Positions 63,790-64,000 of a DNA stretch of 64,000 nucleotides are shown one piece after another. The notes beneath the pieces were generated by a model. The model was not told where the DNA came from and did not search any database. It worked only from the letters and a program-made list of their open reading frames with translations. Source of the stretch: Eledone cirrhosa (taxonomy: Eukaryota); the NCBI GenBank assembly GCA_964016885.1, contig OZ024763.1, forward strand, positions 10,850,001 through 10,914,000, in the 5' to 3' direction. How positions within the stretch are numbered: the first letter of the stretch is position 1; each line of letters starts with the position of its first letter. A program made the translations under genes and the position numbers.

Positions 63790-63996
63790 ATGGCTTTTTC
63801 AGGGCAATATATATTTCTTCACGTTTTTTAACGTTAAATTATTAATAACAATGAAAGCGTATTTGCTGGCCTATATTTTACATTATGTTTTGACATTAAC
63901 AGACATTTTTATAGATCACGTCCAATATTCACAGTTTTTCACTCTTCGCAGTTGCTCTAGGTATGTAACCCCCACAAATACTGGGGGACAACTGTA
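63321..63996. mobile_element. Tigger/pogo-like MITE with a SINE-A 3' part inserted at 63513-63786
   Basis: agtgtacccc ... ggggacaactg-TA; homolog of 47906-48248. Confidence 0.7.
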
Positions 63997-64000
63997 TCTG

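Overview
AT-rich eukaryotic DNA, very rich in microsatellites and transposons. It is most likely from a coleoid cephalopod (Octopus-like); this is inferred from the repeat families and the host protein. The only host gene I can support is a GRK2/3 (beta-ARK)-type G protein-coupled receptor kinase on the minus strand, the class that includes cephalopod rhodopsin kinase. Three RH-domain exons are present (25889-25990, 7400-7486, 3393-3454); the rest of the window appears to be intron. The introns contain RTE LINEs (one with an uninterrupted 705-codon RT+PHD ORF), a Dong/R4 LINE, and Tx1, Penelope-like (PLE), DIRS-type tyrosine-recombinase and Helitron relics. They also hold piggyBac-like and Tc1/mariner MITEs, at least three tRNA-SINE families, and many minisatellites amplified from pieces of those TEs. 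The most unusual signal is about 15 hammerhead-ribozyme (HHR) motifs from several small non-coding element families sitting in (TA)n/(CA)n tracts. These include fold-back palindromes whose axis falls in HHR stem II, a perfect 161-bp-arm palindrome with an HHR on each strand, and a 97-bp tandem array with an HHR-like core. All structures were paired by eye, with no folding software or database search. Most long ORFs in the supplied track are repeat artefacts.
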